Shown piece by piece: positions 13,100 through 21,636 of a stretch of DNA of 32,000 nt. This stretch comes from Candidatus Nanohalobium constans. GTDB lineage: Archaea; Nanohalarchaeota; Nanosalinia; Nanosalinales; Nanosalinaceae. The stretch's first letter is position 1, and each line of letters starts with the position of its first letter. The notes under the pieces are model-generated. The model was not told the DNA's origin. It did not search any database and was given only the letters and a program-made list of their open reading frames with translations. A program made the position numbers and the translations under genes. The stretch is taken from NCBI RefSeq assembly GCF_009617975.1, contig NZ_CP040089.1, positions 870,001 to 902,000 of the forward strand, written 5' to 3'.

Positions 13100-13124
13100 G
13101 TGTGGTTCAGTACTTTGATTATAG

Positions 13125-14222
13125 ATGAAGGTTTTTCTTGAGAGATTGGCTGATATTCAGGTCAGGCATTCGCAGAAGGTTATTGTTGGTTCTGTTTTGG
13201 TTACGGCTTTGTTAGCTACCGGTCTTCCGAGTATTCAGTTGGAGACGGATTTTCAGTCGAGTCTTCCTGATGATTTAGGTCCTATTGAGACTCAGGATAA
13301 GGTTGAGTCCGAGTTCCGTTCTTCTTCATCCATAATTATACTTTTCCAGACCAATGATGAATCTAAGGAAGATAGTTTTGTGTCGGATGTGCGGAGTCCT
13401 GATATGATCAGGATGCAGAAGGATTTGGAGGAGGAGCTTAGTTCTGAGACTATTGTAGGTAATGTGCGTTCCTCTGCTTCATTCTTTACAGAAGTACCTG
13501 GGTCCAAGGAGGAGGTTAAGAGGGTTGTTGAGGCTTCCGGATCCGGAGACCAGTTGTTCAACCGTGATTTTACGGCTACTCAGATGTATGTGAGTCTTGA
13601 GGAGGAGATGAGTGAGGAGAATATCAGGAAGGCTACTGAGAAGATTAACAAGAATCTTGAGCAGACTCCGAAGCAGCCCGGTATTGATATTACAGTTACA
13701 GGGAATCCTGTGATCAGGACGGATATAGGTGATACCTTGGTGGATGACTCGGTTACGACTATTTCGATCGCCTCCGTGCTGATCCTTGGTTTGCTTACTT
13801 TGACTCGTGGACGGGTTTACGGTCCGATCACTTTTGTACCTTTGTTTATCGGTTTGATATGGACTCTAGGTACTATGGGGCATCTGGGCATCCCTCTTAC
13901 TATTGCAACGATTGCTTTAGGTGCTATGATTTTGGGTTTGGGTGTTGAGTATGGTTCTTTCATTACTGAGAGGATTATCGAGGAGAAGGATGAAAGAGGA
14001 AGTGTTGAGGAGGCTTTGCGAAGTGCAGTACCTACTACAGGGCTTGCAATTCTTGGTTCTTCGACCACGACTATTGTAGGGTTTTCAGCTCTTTTGATTG
14101 CGTCAATTTCTTTCATAAGAGATCTTGGATTGACTTTATCAATTGGGATTGCGTTAACTCTTGTTTCGGCGTTGGTGATTACGCCTTCGCTTATACTTGA
14201 GTATGAGAGGTGGAGTAAATGA
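13125..14222 (+). CDS. RND/MMPL-superfamily exporter, N-terminal half (one TM, an extracytoplasmic domain, then a five-TM bundle)
   Basis: 365 aa with an N-terminal TM (VIVGSVLVTALLATGL) and a soluble loop of about 190 aa. A TM bundle follows, with LGLGVEYGSFITERI (compare the GxGxDYxIH motif of MMPL / COG1033 exporters). An ATGA overlap joins it to the next gene. Confidence 0.75.
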   Translation: MKVFLERLADIQVRHSQKVIVGSVLVTALLATGLPSIQLETDFQSSLPDDLGPIETQDKVESEFRSSSSIIILFQTNDESKEDSFVSDVRSPDMIRMQKDLEEELSSETIVGNVRSSASFFTEVPGSKEEVKRVVEASGSGDQLFNRDFTATQMYVSLEEEMSEENIRKATEKINKNLEQTPKQPGIDITVTGNPVIRTDIGDTLVDDSVTTISIASVLILGLLTLTRGRVYGPITFVPLFIGLIWTLGTMGHLGIPLTIATIALGAMILGLGVEYGSFITERIIEEKDERGSVEEALRSAVPTTGLAILGSSTTTIVGFSALLIASISFIRDLGLTLSIGIALTLVSALVITPSLILEYERWSK

Positions 14223-15376
14223 TTGAGGCTGTAGTAGAAAAGTATTCTAGGGTTGTTGCGGAGCATCCTTTAGCTTTTCTTGGTTTATTGATTGTTTTTG
14301 TCGGATTGATGGCTTCAGGAGCTTCAAGCGTTGAGACAGTTGAGCAAAACAATGAGGACTTGCTTCCAGATACTATAGAGTCTGTTAACGCGTTCGATAT
14401 AATTGGTTCGGAGTTCGGGCAGAGGGGTGGCGGCTCCACATATACCGTGCTGCTTGAGACATCTCCTAACCATGTTAACTCTACTGAAATCCGTGATGTA
14501 CGGAGTCCTGAGTTGTTGAGGTATATTGAAACAGTTTCAAGTGATGTTGAATCAATGAATGAGGTTGTGTCGGTTGATTCTGCGGCTGATCTTGTTGATA
14601 GTCCTTCTACGAAGCGGGAGGCTTGGAGCCAGATGAAGAGTTCAGGACAGGCGTCTCAGTATGTTTCTGATGACTACAGTTTTACAATTATGAGGGTGTC
14701 GTCCACCAGTATTTCTTCAGGTGAGGCGGAGGAGCTTGCAGGTAGGATTAAGGAGTCTGTTGAGAGAAATGATAAGCCTGCAAGTATTGAAGCCGGGTAT
14801 ACTGGAGATCCTTTCATCAACCAGGCGTTTCAGGAGCAGAGTCAGAGCACTCAGGGACAGACGACTTTAATATCTCTTGTAGGAGTTCTTGTACTGGTTG
14901 TGGTGCTTTTCAGGTCTGTGGCTAATGGTTTGACATCTCTTTCAGCTTTGATTTTCGGTATTATGTCTGGTTTCGGTGTCTATGGTTTGTTGGGGCTTAA
15001 TCTTAGTCCTGCGACTTCAGGAGCTATTTCGATGGGTATGGGTATTGCGATTGACTTCGGTATCCAGAGTGTTTCAAGATACAGAGAGGAACGAGAGGAT
15101 CTGAGTGTTCAGGGATCTGTTCAAAACATGATTCTAGGTATTATCAACCCTATGACGATTGCATTGGTGGCAGCTGTAATCGGTTTTACAGCACTGTCAT
15201 TCGGCAGGATTACATTCCTCTCAGATCTAGGTACGATGCTGACTTTGACAACCTTGTTTGCTTACATCGGTGCATTAACCTTGATACCTGTCCTGCTTGT
15301 AATATATGACAAGTATATCCAGCAGTATTTTTCTAGAGGTGTTTTTCAAATTATACTAGGTGAATCACAACAATGA
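14219..15376 (+). CDS. RND/MMPL-superfamily exporter, C-terminal half
   Basis: 385 aa with the same architecture as the first half: a TM, a loop of about 190 aa, and a TM bundle with GMGIAIDFGIQSVSRYREE. ATGA overlaps occur at both ends (14219-14222 and 15373-15376). Confidence 0.75.
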   Translation: MIEAVVEKYSRVVAEHPLAFLGLLIVFVGLMASGASSVETVEQNNEDLLPDTIESVNAFDIIGSEFGQRGGGSTYTVLLETSPNHVNSTEIRDVRSPELLRYIETVSSDVESMNEVVSVDSAADLVDSPSTKREAWSQMKSSGQASQYVSDDYSFTIMRVSSTSISSGEAEELAGRIKESVERNDKPASIEAGYTGDPFINQAFQEQSQSTQGQTTLISLVGVLVLVVVLFRSVANGLTSLSALIFGIMSGFGVYGLLGLNLSPATSGAISMGMGIAIDFGIQSVSRYREEREDLSVQGSVQNMILGIINPMTIALVAAVIGFTALSFGRITFLSDLGTMLTLTTLFAYIGALTLIPVLLVIYDKYIQQYFSRGVFQIILGESQQ

Positions 15377-16596
15377 AACTACTTAACATGAAGACAACGG
15401 CACTTATCATCATTACAGCATTTATAGCTAGCAATGGTTTGGCGCAAGTCAACCAGGGACCGAGCTCTAATGTCGAGTCTACATTGATTAACACTGATCC
15501 TGTGCCTCTGCAGTCAGGGGAGCAGGGAGACCTCCGTTTCAAGATTGAGAACACGGGAGGAACTGACGCAGAAGATGTAGAGGTCAGGCTGCTCGATAAT
15601 TATCCTTTCCAAGTGAAGCAGGATAGGAAAAAGGTTTACAGACTTGGAAGCCTTGAGACAGGTCAGGAATACCAGATCAGTACCGAGGTACTGGTTGCGG
15701 AAGATGCTCCGGACGGAAGCAACGACTTCAAGCTTAGAGTCATCAGCGGAGATCTTAATAGGACTGTAAATGTTCCTGTAGAGGTTCAAAGCAGTGATAT
15801 AGAGTTGAACCTTGCAAATCTTCAGACTCAGCCTCAGCAGTTGATGCCTGACACGGATAACAACCAGGTATCTATTGATCTCGTGAACAACGGAGATAAA
15901 ACCGCTGAGAATGTTGTCCTTAATCTTGAAGCACCAGAGTACTTTGAACAGACATCCAGCTTCTCAACCAGGAAAGCTCTTGGAAACATTAATCCAGGAG
16001 AGAAAAAGACCTCAACCTTCGTACTGGATCTTAACAAGACGGCGCCTGCCGGAATGGCAGAGCTTTCAACAAAGACCAGTTACTCTGCAAGTGACTCCAC
16101 AAGCCAGGTAACACAAACCGATAGCTTCCAGTTAAACATAGAAGGCAAGCCACAGTTCAAAGTAACAGGTGTCGAAGGCGGCTTGAAAACCGGGAGCACC
16201 GAAGAACTTCGTCTAACAGTTAAGAACAGAGGAGAGGAAAAATCTTCCTCGACAAGAATACGAGTGATGGACTCTTCCGACCAGCCATTCAGTTACGACT
16301 CCTCCAGCCAGTACATCGGCACACTTGAACCAGGACAGGAAGGAGAAGCAGTATTCGAAGTAGAAACAGAAACAGACGCAGCAGCCAAAGAATACCTACT
16401 CGACTTCGAAATAAGAGGAGTCAAAGACACAGAAGTATTCGTAGAAGACACAACAACACCAGCAGAAGTAAAACAAAGCCAAAAAAGTTCAGACATCCCA
16501 CTCCCTGCCATAGCCATCCTAATCCTAGCAATTAGCGGAGCAGCATACCTATTCAGAAACAAGATCAGAGACAAAGTAACCAATCAAAAACAGTAA
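15373..16596 (+). CDS. Surface protein with three CARDB/DUF11-like Ig-fold repeats (COG1361-like S-layer domain protein), an N-terminal signal and a C-terminal TM anchor
   Basis: 407 aa with signal MKTTALIIITAFIASNGLAQV. Three modules share the pattern xxLxhxNxGxxxAExV: DLRFKIENTGGTDAEDVEVRL, QVSIDLVNNGDKTAENVVLNL and ELRLTVKNRGEEKSSSTRIRV. The C-terminus is IPLPAIAILILAISGAAYLFRNK. The gene is translationally coupled to the exporter halves. Confidence 0.65.
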   Translation: MKLLNMKTTALIIITAFIASNGLAQVNQGPSSNVESTLINTDPVPLQSGEQGDLRFKIENTGGTDAEDVEVRLLDNYPFQVKQDRKKVYRLGSLETGQEYQISTEVLVAEDAPDGSNDFKLRVISGDLNRTVNVPVEVQSSDIELNLANLQTQPQQLMPDTDNNQVSIDLVNNGDKTAENVVLNLEAPEYFEQTSSFSTRKALGNINPGEKKTSTFVLDLNKTAPAGMAELSTKTSYSASDSTSQVTQTDSFQLNIEGKPQFKVTGVEGGLKTGSTEELRLTVKNRGEEKSSSTRIRVMDSSDQPFSYDSSSQYIGTLEPGQEGEAVFEVETETDAAAKEYLLDFEIRGVKDTEVFVEDTTTPAEVKQSQKSSDIPLPAIAILILAISGAAYLFRNKIRDKVTNQKQ

Positions 16597-16654
16597 CCGC
16601 CTACATCCTTTCAATTATTTCCTCTCTTCTCTCTCTTTTTCTCAGGAAACAGTT

Positions 16655-16780
16655 TAGTCCCCCCAGGATTCGAACCTGGGTCACCAGCCATTTCCCGTCG
16701 AAGAGATACCTCTTCTCAAACTGCCTCCATAGGAGCCAGTGTCCAGAAGCTGGTAGGATTGACCACTACCCTAGGGGACT
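16655..16780 (-). tRNA. tRNA-Gln (anticodon CTG) with one 53-nt intron at the canonical 37/38 site
   Basis: Hand fold: AGTCCCC-TA-GGGT AGTGGTCAA TCCT-A-CCAGC TTCTGG[53 nt]G GCTGG-TGAC-CCAGG TTCGAAT CCTGG-GGGGACT-A. The acceptor and T arms are identical to those of the TTG isoacceptor. The intron contains the hairpin GAAGAG gtat CTCTTC. Confidence 0.75.
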
Positions 16781-16819
16781 CTAGTAGGATTCTTATCCCG
16801 TGTATCTTTTATGTATAGA

Positions 16820-18001
16820 TCACTGACCTGGCACTCCCCAGAGCGAAACCAAAGCAATAACAATCACAACCACTAATAGAATCAGGATTTTCGAGACCGT
16901 GGTGCCTGCTCGAGCTGCTGTTCCTGCACTTGGTGGAGATGGCAGGTTATCTCTAACTTTTGACTGTTCGCTTTCTGCTTTCTGCAGTTTTTTAGAGTCA
17001 GCACCATAGGCATCTCTAAGCTCGTTGTAAGTATTTTGTATGTCTTTAAGCGGCGGGTTGGTTCCTATGACGTGTTTCCATATGCCTTTTTCTTTTGAAA
17101 GTAGTTTGTATATGTCTTCTAAGCTATCTATGCTATTCTGTAGGTAGTCAAGTAGTTCCTCATCTTCTCTGATTATTGTTTCGAGTTCCATGTCCTCTTC
17201 TTTCAGTGTTTTGTCAATTTTAGCTTCTTCTTGTTCTTCTTGTGCTTCATGTCTTTCTTCTTCTTGAAGTTCTTCTGCTTCTGCCTTCGCTTTTTTCTCT
17301 CTTTTTTGGTCTCTTAGTTCTGCAAAGACTTTCATCAGTTCCTTATCCGTTTTTTCCATAAACTCTGTTTCCTGAGATATTTCTGATGAGACATTTTGTA
17401 CGAATGCTTCCTCTTCCTCAAGATTTTCTATTTCACCTGTAAGTTCGGAAGCCATATCAATGGAGGTATTTAGAACATAAAGTGCTTCTTCCAATCTTTC
17501 CAAAACAACTTCAACCTCATCGTAATCTTTCTTACCTAGGTTGATATCGTAATCATCACTTTGGACCTTCTGAAACTTGTTATACAATCCACCTAAATCA
17601 TTCAAAGCTGATTCAAAAAGTTGTTTTGCCTCTCCTTGGAGACTCTCAACAATTTTTTCCTGGCTTTTAATCTGTTTTAGTTGTCCCTCTTCTGCGTTTA
17701 GCGCTGCGTCCTCGTCTTTCTCTGCACCTGCAAGATCTCTTTCAGCTTCTCCTTCTATATCTTCAGCTTCACCTTCTTCTTTGGGACTTCCTTGCTGTTC
17801 TCCCTCCTCTAGTTCGGCTTTAGCCTCTTTCGCCTCTTCACCTGCTTCATCAGCCTCCTGCTTGGCTTTACGTGCTCTTTCCTTTGCTTTTTGCCCCAGC
17901 TTGCGGTATGTTTCCTCATTCTCTTGATAGTGCTCTTTGGCTCTGCTTAGAACCTTCTTTACTTTTTCAGACTTTTTAGAACCGCTATTATTCGAAGACA
18001 C
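16820..18001 (-). CDS. Tail-anchored, K/E-rich coiled-coil protein, unknown function
   Basis: 393 aa with a GTG start (17999-18001) and no nearby ATG. About 350 aa look like charged heptad-type helix (EEAKEAKAELEEGEQ..., KAKAEAEELQEEERHEAQEEQEEAK). A PSPPSAG linker follows, then a single C-terminal TM (ILILLVVVIVIALVSLWGV) 4 aa from the end. Confidence 0.55.
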   Translation of the reverse strand: MSSNNSGSKKSEKVKKVLSRAKEHYQENEETYRKLGQKAKERARKAKQEADEAGEEAKEAKAELEEGEQQGSPKEEGEAEDIEGEAERDLAGAEKDEDAALNAEEGQLKQIKSQEKIVESLQGEAKQLFESALNDLGGLYNKFQKVQSDDYDINLGKKDYDEVEVVLERLEEALYVLNTSIDMASELTGEIENLEEEEAFVQNVSSEISQETEFMEKTDKELMKVFAELRDQKREKKAKAEAEELQEEERHEAQEEQEEAKIDKTLKEEDMELETIIREDEELLDYLQNSIDSLEDIYKLLSKEKGIWKHVIGTNPPLKDIQNTYNELRDAYGADSKKLQKAESEQSKVRDNLPSPPSAGTAARAGTTVSKILILLVVVIVIALVSLWGVPGQ

Positions 18002-18049
18002 AGTTTTTTATTTTAGAAATATAAATAAAAAATGTACGGCGAACCTTCC

Positions 18050-19213
18050 TCAGCCTCTCCTATCTATCAGCATGTAGAGTATTACGATTGTGAGGGTTGA
18101 GAATAGGACGCTTGGTGCGAAGATTTGGAGTATTTCTTCTGTGAGGATTCCGAGGTCGATTGCTATTAGGAGTACGACCAGTGTTTCTATATCTAGGCTG
18201 ATTAGGCTGGCTGCTATTGTGAATGGGTTGTCCATTTCATGGAGTTTTGGTATTATGTAGCCTATTGCTAGTTTTGAGATTGTTGAGAGTAGGAAGAGCA
18301 CGGTTGCTGCTTCTATGTTGAGTATTATTGTTTCTAGGATTAGTCCTAGTCCGAACCATGCGAAGAATACCGGTATGAATAGTCCTTCGCTGATGCCTTG
18401 TATTTTTTCTTGGAAGGCTTTGGAGTCGGTGAAGTCGCTTCTGGAGACGAGTACCCCTGCGAAGAATGCGCCTAGGACGCTTGAAAGCCCTATTGTCTGT
18501 GTTACATAGCTCATGGACAGTAGTAGGGCGAATGTTATGGCGAACTGTGCTTCTGCTTCCTCGAACATTATGATGTAGTCGTCGATTATCTCTATGAATT
18601 CGTGTAGGAGGTAGAATGCTCCTGCGAACCCTAAAATTGAGGCAGCTTTGACTAGCTGAGATTGTAGTCCTGAAGTGGATAGTATAACCATTATTGTGAG
18701 GATGATGAATCCTACGGAGACGTTGATGACTGAGGATTTTATTGTGTATTTTCCTGTTTCCTGTCTGAGCATTCCTCGGTTCAGCATTATCTTTGACGGT
18801 ACTCCGATGTCGACGATGGAGTAGCCGAGTGCTATGAATGCGAAGGCTTCAAGACTGGAGTATGGTAGGTACTGTCCTCCGAAAAGGTATAGGGCAGCGA
18901 ATATGAATGCGAAGCCTCCTAGAAGGATCGCAGGACCGAGTTGAAGTCCTTCTTTGTGACTGAATATTTCTTTTACATTTTGTTCCCTAAGCCCTGCCTG
19001 GAAAAGTATAAGTGTGGCACCTATAGTGGCAAAACCGGAGACAGAACTAGCTGAGATCACATCAAGTACGGAAGGTCCTAGTATTAGCCCTGTTAGTATG
19101 TATCCAAGTATTGATTCCAGTCCTATCCTCTCGAACAGCTCTCCTACTATGAATGATGCTCCAAGTACTATACCAACGTTTAATAGTGTTGCTCCTGATA
19201 GTCCTGCTGCCAT
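18050..19213 (-). CDS. Cation:proton antiporter (CPA2 / Kef-NapA type Na+/H+ or K+/H+ exchanger)
   Basis: 387 aa and polytopic. The N-terminus LGASFIVGELFERIGLESILGYILTGLILGPSVL is typical of the Na_H_exchanger family. It is contiguous with an upstream CBS-domain gene. Confidence 0.75.
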   Translation of the reverse strand: MAAGLSGATLLNVGIVLGASFIVGELFERIGLESILGYILTGLILGPSVLDVISASSVSGFATIGATLILFQAGLREQNVKEIFSHKEGLQLGPAILLGGFAFIFAALYLFGGQYLPYSSLEAFAFIALGYSIVDIGVPSKIMLNRGMLRQETGKYTIKSSVINVSVGFIILTIMVILSTSGLQSQLVKAASILGFAGAFYLLHEFIEIIDDYIIMFEEAEAQFAITFALLLSMSYVTQTIGLSSVLGAFFAGVLVSRSDFTDSKAFQEKIQGISEGLFIPVFFAWFGLGLILETIILNIEAATVLFLLSTISKLAIGYIIPKLHEMDNPFTIAASLISLDIETLVVLLIAIDLGILTEEILQIFAPSVLFSTLTIVILYMLIDRRG

Positions 19214-19627
19214 TTAGTGGATCTCCTCTATAAGCCTGTTTTCATGTACTACTCCGATAACTTCGTCATCTTCAACTACTGGGACCGATCTAAGGTCTTC
19301 TCTGTCCATAAGGAAAGCTATTTCTCCTGTTTCCTCATCTGGAGAAACTGTTACTTCGTGCTCGTTCATTATGTCTTCAGCATTTTCCGCAACATACCGT
19401 TGATCAAATGATAGCCCTAGAATACCTATAACCTTCTCCTCATCTAAACGGTCTTCAGGGATCAAAACTTTGAGAAGTGACTGCTCATGGATTTCACCGA
19501 CAAACTCGCCATCTCTACGGACGATCAAAGTATTCTCTTTATCATTCAATTCATCTACAACCTCATCAATACCTGCATCATACCGAATGAAGTCAGGCTC
19601 ATCCATAAGCTCTCGGGCAGTAAGCAT
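19214..19627 (-). CDS. CBS-domain pair protein, likely regulatory partner of the antiporter
   Basis: 137 aa. It has two CBS-like units (LTARELMDEPDFI.....VDEVVDEL...ENTLIVRRDGEFVGEIHEQSLLK and AEDIMNEHEVTVSPDEE...MDREDLRSVPVVEDDEVIGVVHENRLIEE). Its stop abuts the antiporter ATG. Confidence 0.75.
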   Translation of the reverse strand: MLTARELMDEPDFIRYDAGIDEVVDELNDKENTLIVRRDGEFVGEIHEQSLLKVLIPEDRLDEEKVIGILGLSFDQRYVAENAEDIMNEHEVTVSPDEETGEIAFLMDREDLRSVPVVEDDEVIGVVHENRLIEEIH

Positions 19628-19678
19628 ACAATGGATTTAATTAGAACTGCTTAAAATAACTTTATCCGAAAAATGGTT

Positions 19679-19768
19679 CGCCGAGGCTGGGATTTGAACC
19701 CAGGAGACCCGTTTAGGGGTCACCAGCTTTCCAGGCTGGCACAATTAGCCAAGCTCTGTCACCTCGGC
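19679..19768 (-). tRNA. tRNA-Ser (anticodon GGA), class II, no intron
   Basis: Hand fold: GCCGAGG-TG-ACAG AGCTTGGCTAA TTGT-G-CCAGC CTGGAAA GCTGG-long variable arm TGACCCCTAAACGGGTCTC-CTGGG TTCAAAT CCCAG-CCTCGGC-G. Confidence 0.85.
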
Positions 19769-19847
19769 AAAAAGACTGTATAAACAATTTTTGAGAGTAT
19801 TTTTTTATGCACTTTCAGGAAGATCTGGCTTCTTAACACGGCAGGAT

Positions 19848-20807
19848 TTATTCCTGTTTCCATCTTCTTGGATAGTTGGATGGATCCATGAATACTTTTT
19901 GTAGTTCTGCAGCTGTGTCTTCTTCATCAAACATTTCTTCCGAAGTCATTTTTGCTTTTGCGAGGGCGACTAGTTCTCCTTTCAGAGTCATTATTGCTAT
20001 TGTTTCTCCTTTTTGGATTCCGTCTTGTAGTTTGGAGATTCCTGTGCTTCCTAGGTTTGAGCCGTTGGCTACTGCGTTGACTGCGCTGTCTTTGATTACT
20101 GCTTTCTTCATGTGTTGGACTGCTCTCTCAATTGGCTGGAGTATTTCTTCAAGTTGTTCTTTGTCGCCGTCATCTTTGTAGAATCTGTAGGCATCGACCA
20201 GGTCTTGAAGTGTATGTGTGTCTTCTGTGGTTAGGTTGCCTTGTTGTGTTCTGCGGAGTTCTTCCATACTGGCTTCTGTACCAAGTTTTTCTCCTAACTG
20301 TTGGATTAGTACTCTGACATAGAATCCTGATTCACATTTGACTCTTCCGAGAAACTTTTTTTCTTCTTTTTCGAGTAGTTCTATTTCGTATACTTCTCGT
20401 TTTCTTTCTTCTTGTTTGACTGCGGACATTTCTGGCGGTACTTGTTTGTTGGTTCCTTCGAATTCTTGGATGGCTTCCTGTATTTTTTCTTCGTCTTTTT
20501 CTTCTGCTAGTTTTGCTTCGAATATGTATTCTTTCCGGGCTTTTGTGAGGGCGTCCTGTATGCGTGTGCCGGAGTCCAGTCCTACCGGGAGTACTCCTGT
20601 GGCGTTGGGGTCGAGTGTTCCGAAGTGTCCTGTCTTTTCCCTGTCTAACTCCTCTTTTATCCAGTGGCTGACCTGGTTGCTTGTAGGTCCGAACGGCTTG
20701 TCGATTACTACGAAGCCTTGTTGGAGAAGTTCTTCTACTGTTCTTTTTTCAGGTATTTTTCCGAATTCTGGGTCTGTCTCTGCTTCTTCCCTTGTGTACC
20801 ATTCCAT
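19848..20807 (-). CDS. cbf5: H/ACA RNP pseudouridine synthase Cbf5 (TruB family with a C-terminal PUA domain)
   Basis: GFVVIDKPFGPTSNQVSHWIKEEL...KTGHFGTLDPNATGVLPVGL is the TruB catalytic motif with the Asp. The C-terminal AVIKDSAVNAVANGSNL...GETIAIMTLKGELVALAKA is PUA-like. Confidence 0.85.
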   Translation of the reverse strand: MEWYTREEAETDPEFGKIPEKRTVEELLQQGFVVIDKPFGPTSNQVSHWIKEELDREKTGHFGTLDPNATGVLPVGLDSGTRIQDALTKARKEYIFEAKLAEEKDEEKIQEAIQEFEGTNKQVPPEMSAVKQEERKREVYEIELLEKEEKKFLGRVKCESGFYVRVLIQQLGEKLGTEASMEELRRTQQGNLTTEDTHTLQDLVDAYRFYKDDGDKEQLEEILQPIERAVQHMKKAVIKDSAVNAVANGSNLGSTGISKLQDGIQKGETIAIMTLKGELVALAKAKMTSEEMFDEEDTAAELQKVFMDPSNYPRRWKQE

Positions 20808-20875
20808 AATAGAAGTTAGTGTGGTGAAGTTTTATCTGAGTTCAATTGAGAATGCGGGGGGAAAGGGTATAGGGG

Positions 20876-21604
20876 TTATTGGATTCCTAGTGTTTTGTTG
20901 AGGATTAGTGTCATTGGCATTGTGATTATTATGTAGAATCCTAGCCAGTTGAGTGCTCCTCCTATCCATGGTAGTGTGAATGGTAGTTGTATGAATTTGC
21001 CGTTGAAGTTGGCGACTGTGCCTTCTGTGTTGCTGAAGAATCCTGGAGTCTTTTCTTTGATTCCTTTGTAGGTCCATTTGAATCCGTTGATTTTTGCGGC
21101 TTCTCCTGGTTCGATGCTCTGGTTGTCTACTTGGAGGACAGGGGTTTCTGTTGTGTTGTCTACTGTTATTGGTGTCTGTGTCTGGGCGTATGTGAAGTTG
21201 CCTTCGTACATTTGACCAGTTGTCTGTGTTATCTGTGCTGTTGGTGCGAAGGTGGCTCCTAGCCATGGGAAGATCAGTGCTACGAAGAGCATTGTCCCGA
21301 TCATCGGTTTCATGTTCAGTAGCATGAACTCTTGGTTGTGTTTGAAGACGTCTTTTGTGTGTTTGGAGGCTTTCTCGTGGTTGTCGTTTTCTCGTGCCTC
21401 CTTCATTTTTTCCTGTTTTTCGCTGATTTTGTCCTGTATTTTCTCTGCTTTTTCATGATCGAGCAGCCAGTATCTTATTCCTGAGAAAAGTATTGCTAGG
21501 CATGCTGAGAAGAATCCTAGTGCTATGTAAGGTCCTAGGCTGAGGACTGGCTGGAAGACTACGTTGTAAAAACTGTAAAGTGCGGTTAGTAAACCTGCGA
21601 TCAT
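20876..21604 (-). CDS. DUF106 / EMC3-YidC-like membrane insertase homolog with a long T/N/Q-rich extracytoplasmic segment
   Basis: 242 aa. It has TM1 (GPYIALGFFSACLAILFSGIRYWLL), a charged coiled-coil hairpin (DHEKAEKIQDKISEKQEKMKEARENDNHEKASKHTKDVFKHNQEFM), a second TM (MKPMIGTMLFVALIFPWLG), about 90 aa of polar sequence, then a final TM. Its position between secY and cbf5 matches the conserved archaeal neighbourhood. Confidence 0.6.
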   Translation of the reverse strand: MIAGLLTALYSFYNVVFQPVLSLGPYIALGFFSACLAILFSGIRYWLLDHEKAEKIQDKISEKQEKMKEARENDNHEKASKHTKDVFKHNQEFMLLNMKPMIGTMLFVALIFPWLGATFAPTAQITQTTGQMYEGNFTYAQTQTPITVDNTTETPVLQVDNQSIEPGEAAKINGFKWTYKGIKEKTPGFFSNTEGTVANFNGKFIQLPFTLPWIGGALNWLGFYIIITMPMTLILNKTLGIQ

Positions 21605-21628
21605 ACATTTAGTAGGGTTGCTGGAACT

Positions 21629-21636
21629 CTTTTAAG
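21629..21636 (-). promoter_or_regulatory. Candidate TATA box for the DUF106-cbf5 unit (leaderless)
   Basis: The minus strand reads CTTAAAAG about 24 nt upstream of the ATG at 21604. The 127-nt spacer after secY has no SD. Confidence 0.3.

Noticed and set aside
13292-14439. Minus-strand ORFs (89, 149 and 82 aa) antisense to the RND exporter genes
   Set aside because: These are antisense shadows. The plus-strand frames give coherent TM bundles and conserved RND motifs, while these give no recognisable domains.
11717-16780. C/D-box guide sRNAs embedded in the tRNA-Gln introns, as in the haloarchaeal tRNA-Trp intron
   Set aside because: I found no RUGAUGA C box paired with a CUGA D box in any of the three introns. 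Only near-misses occur, such as TGGATGG.
20338-20901. 187-aa plus-strand ORF antisense to cbf5 (also 19876-20181 and 20132-20317)
   Set aside because: It is long only because the sense strand lacks the complementary stop triplets. The translation is S/F/L-rich and featureless, and cbf5 on the minus strand is unambiguous.
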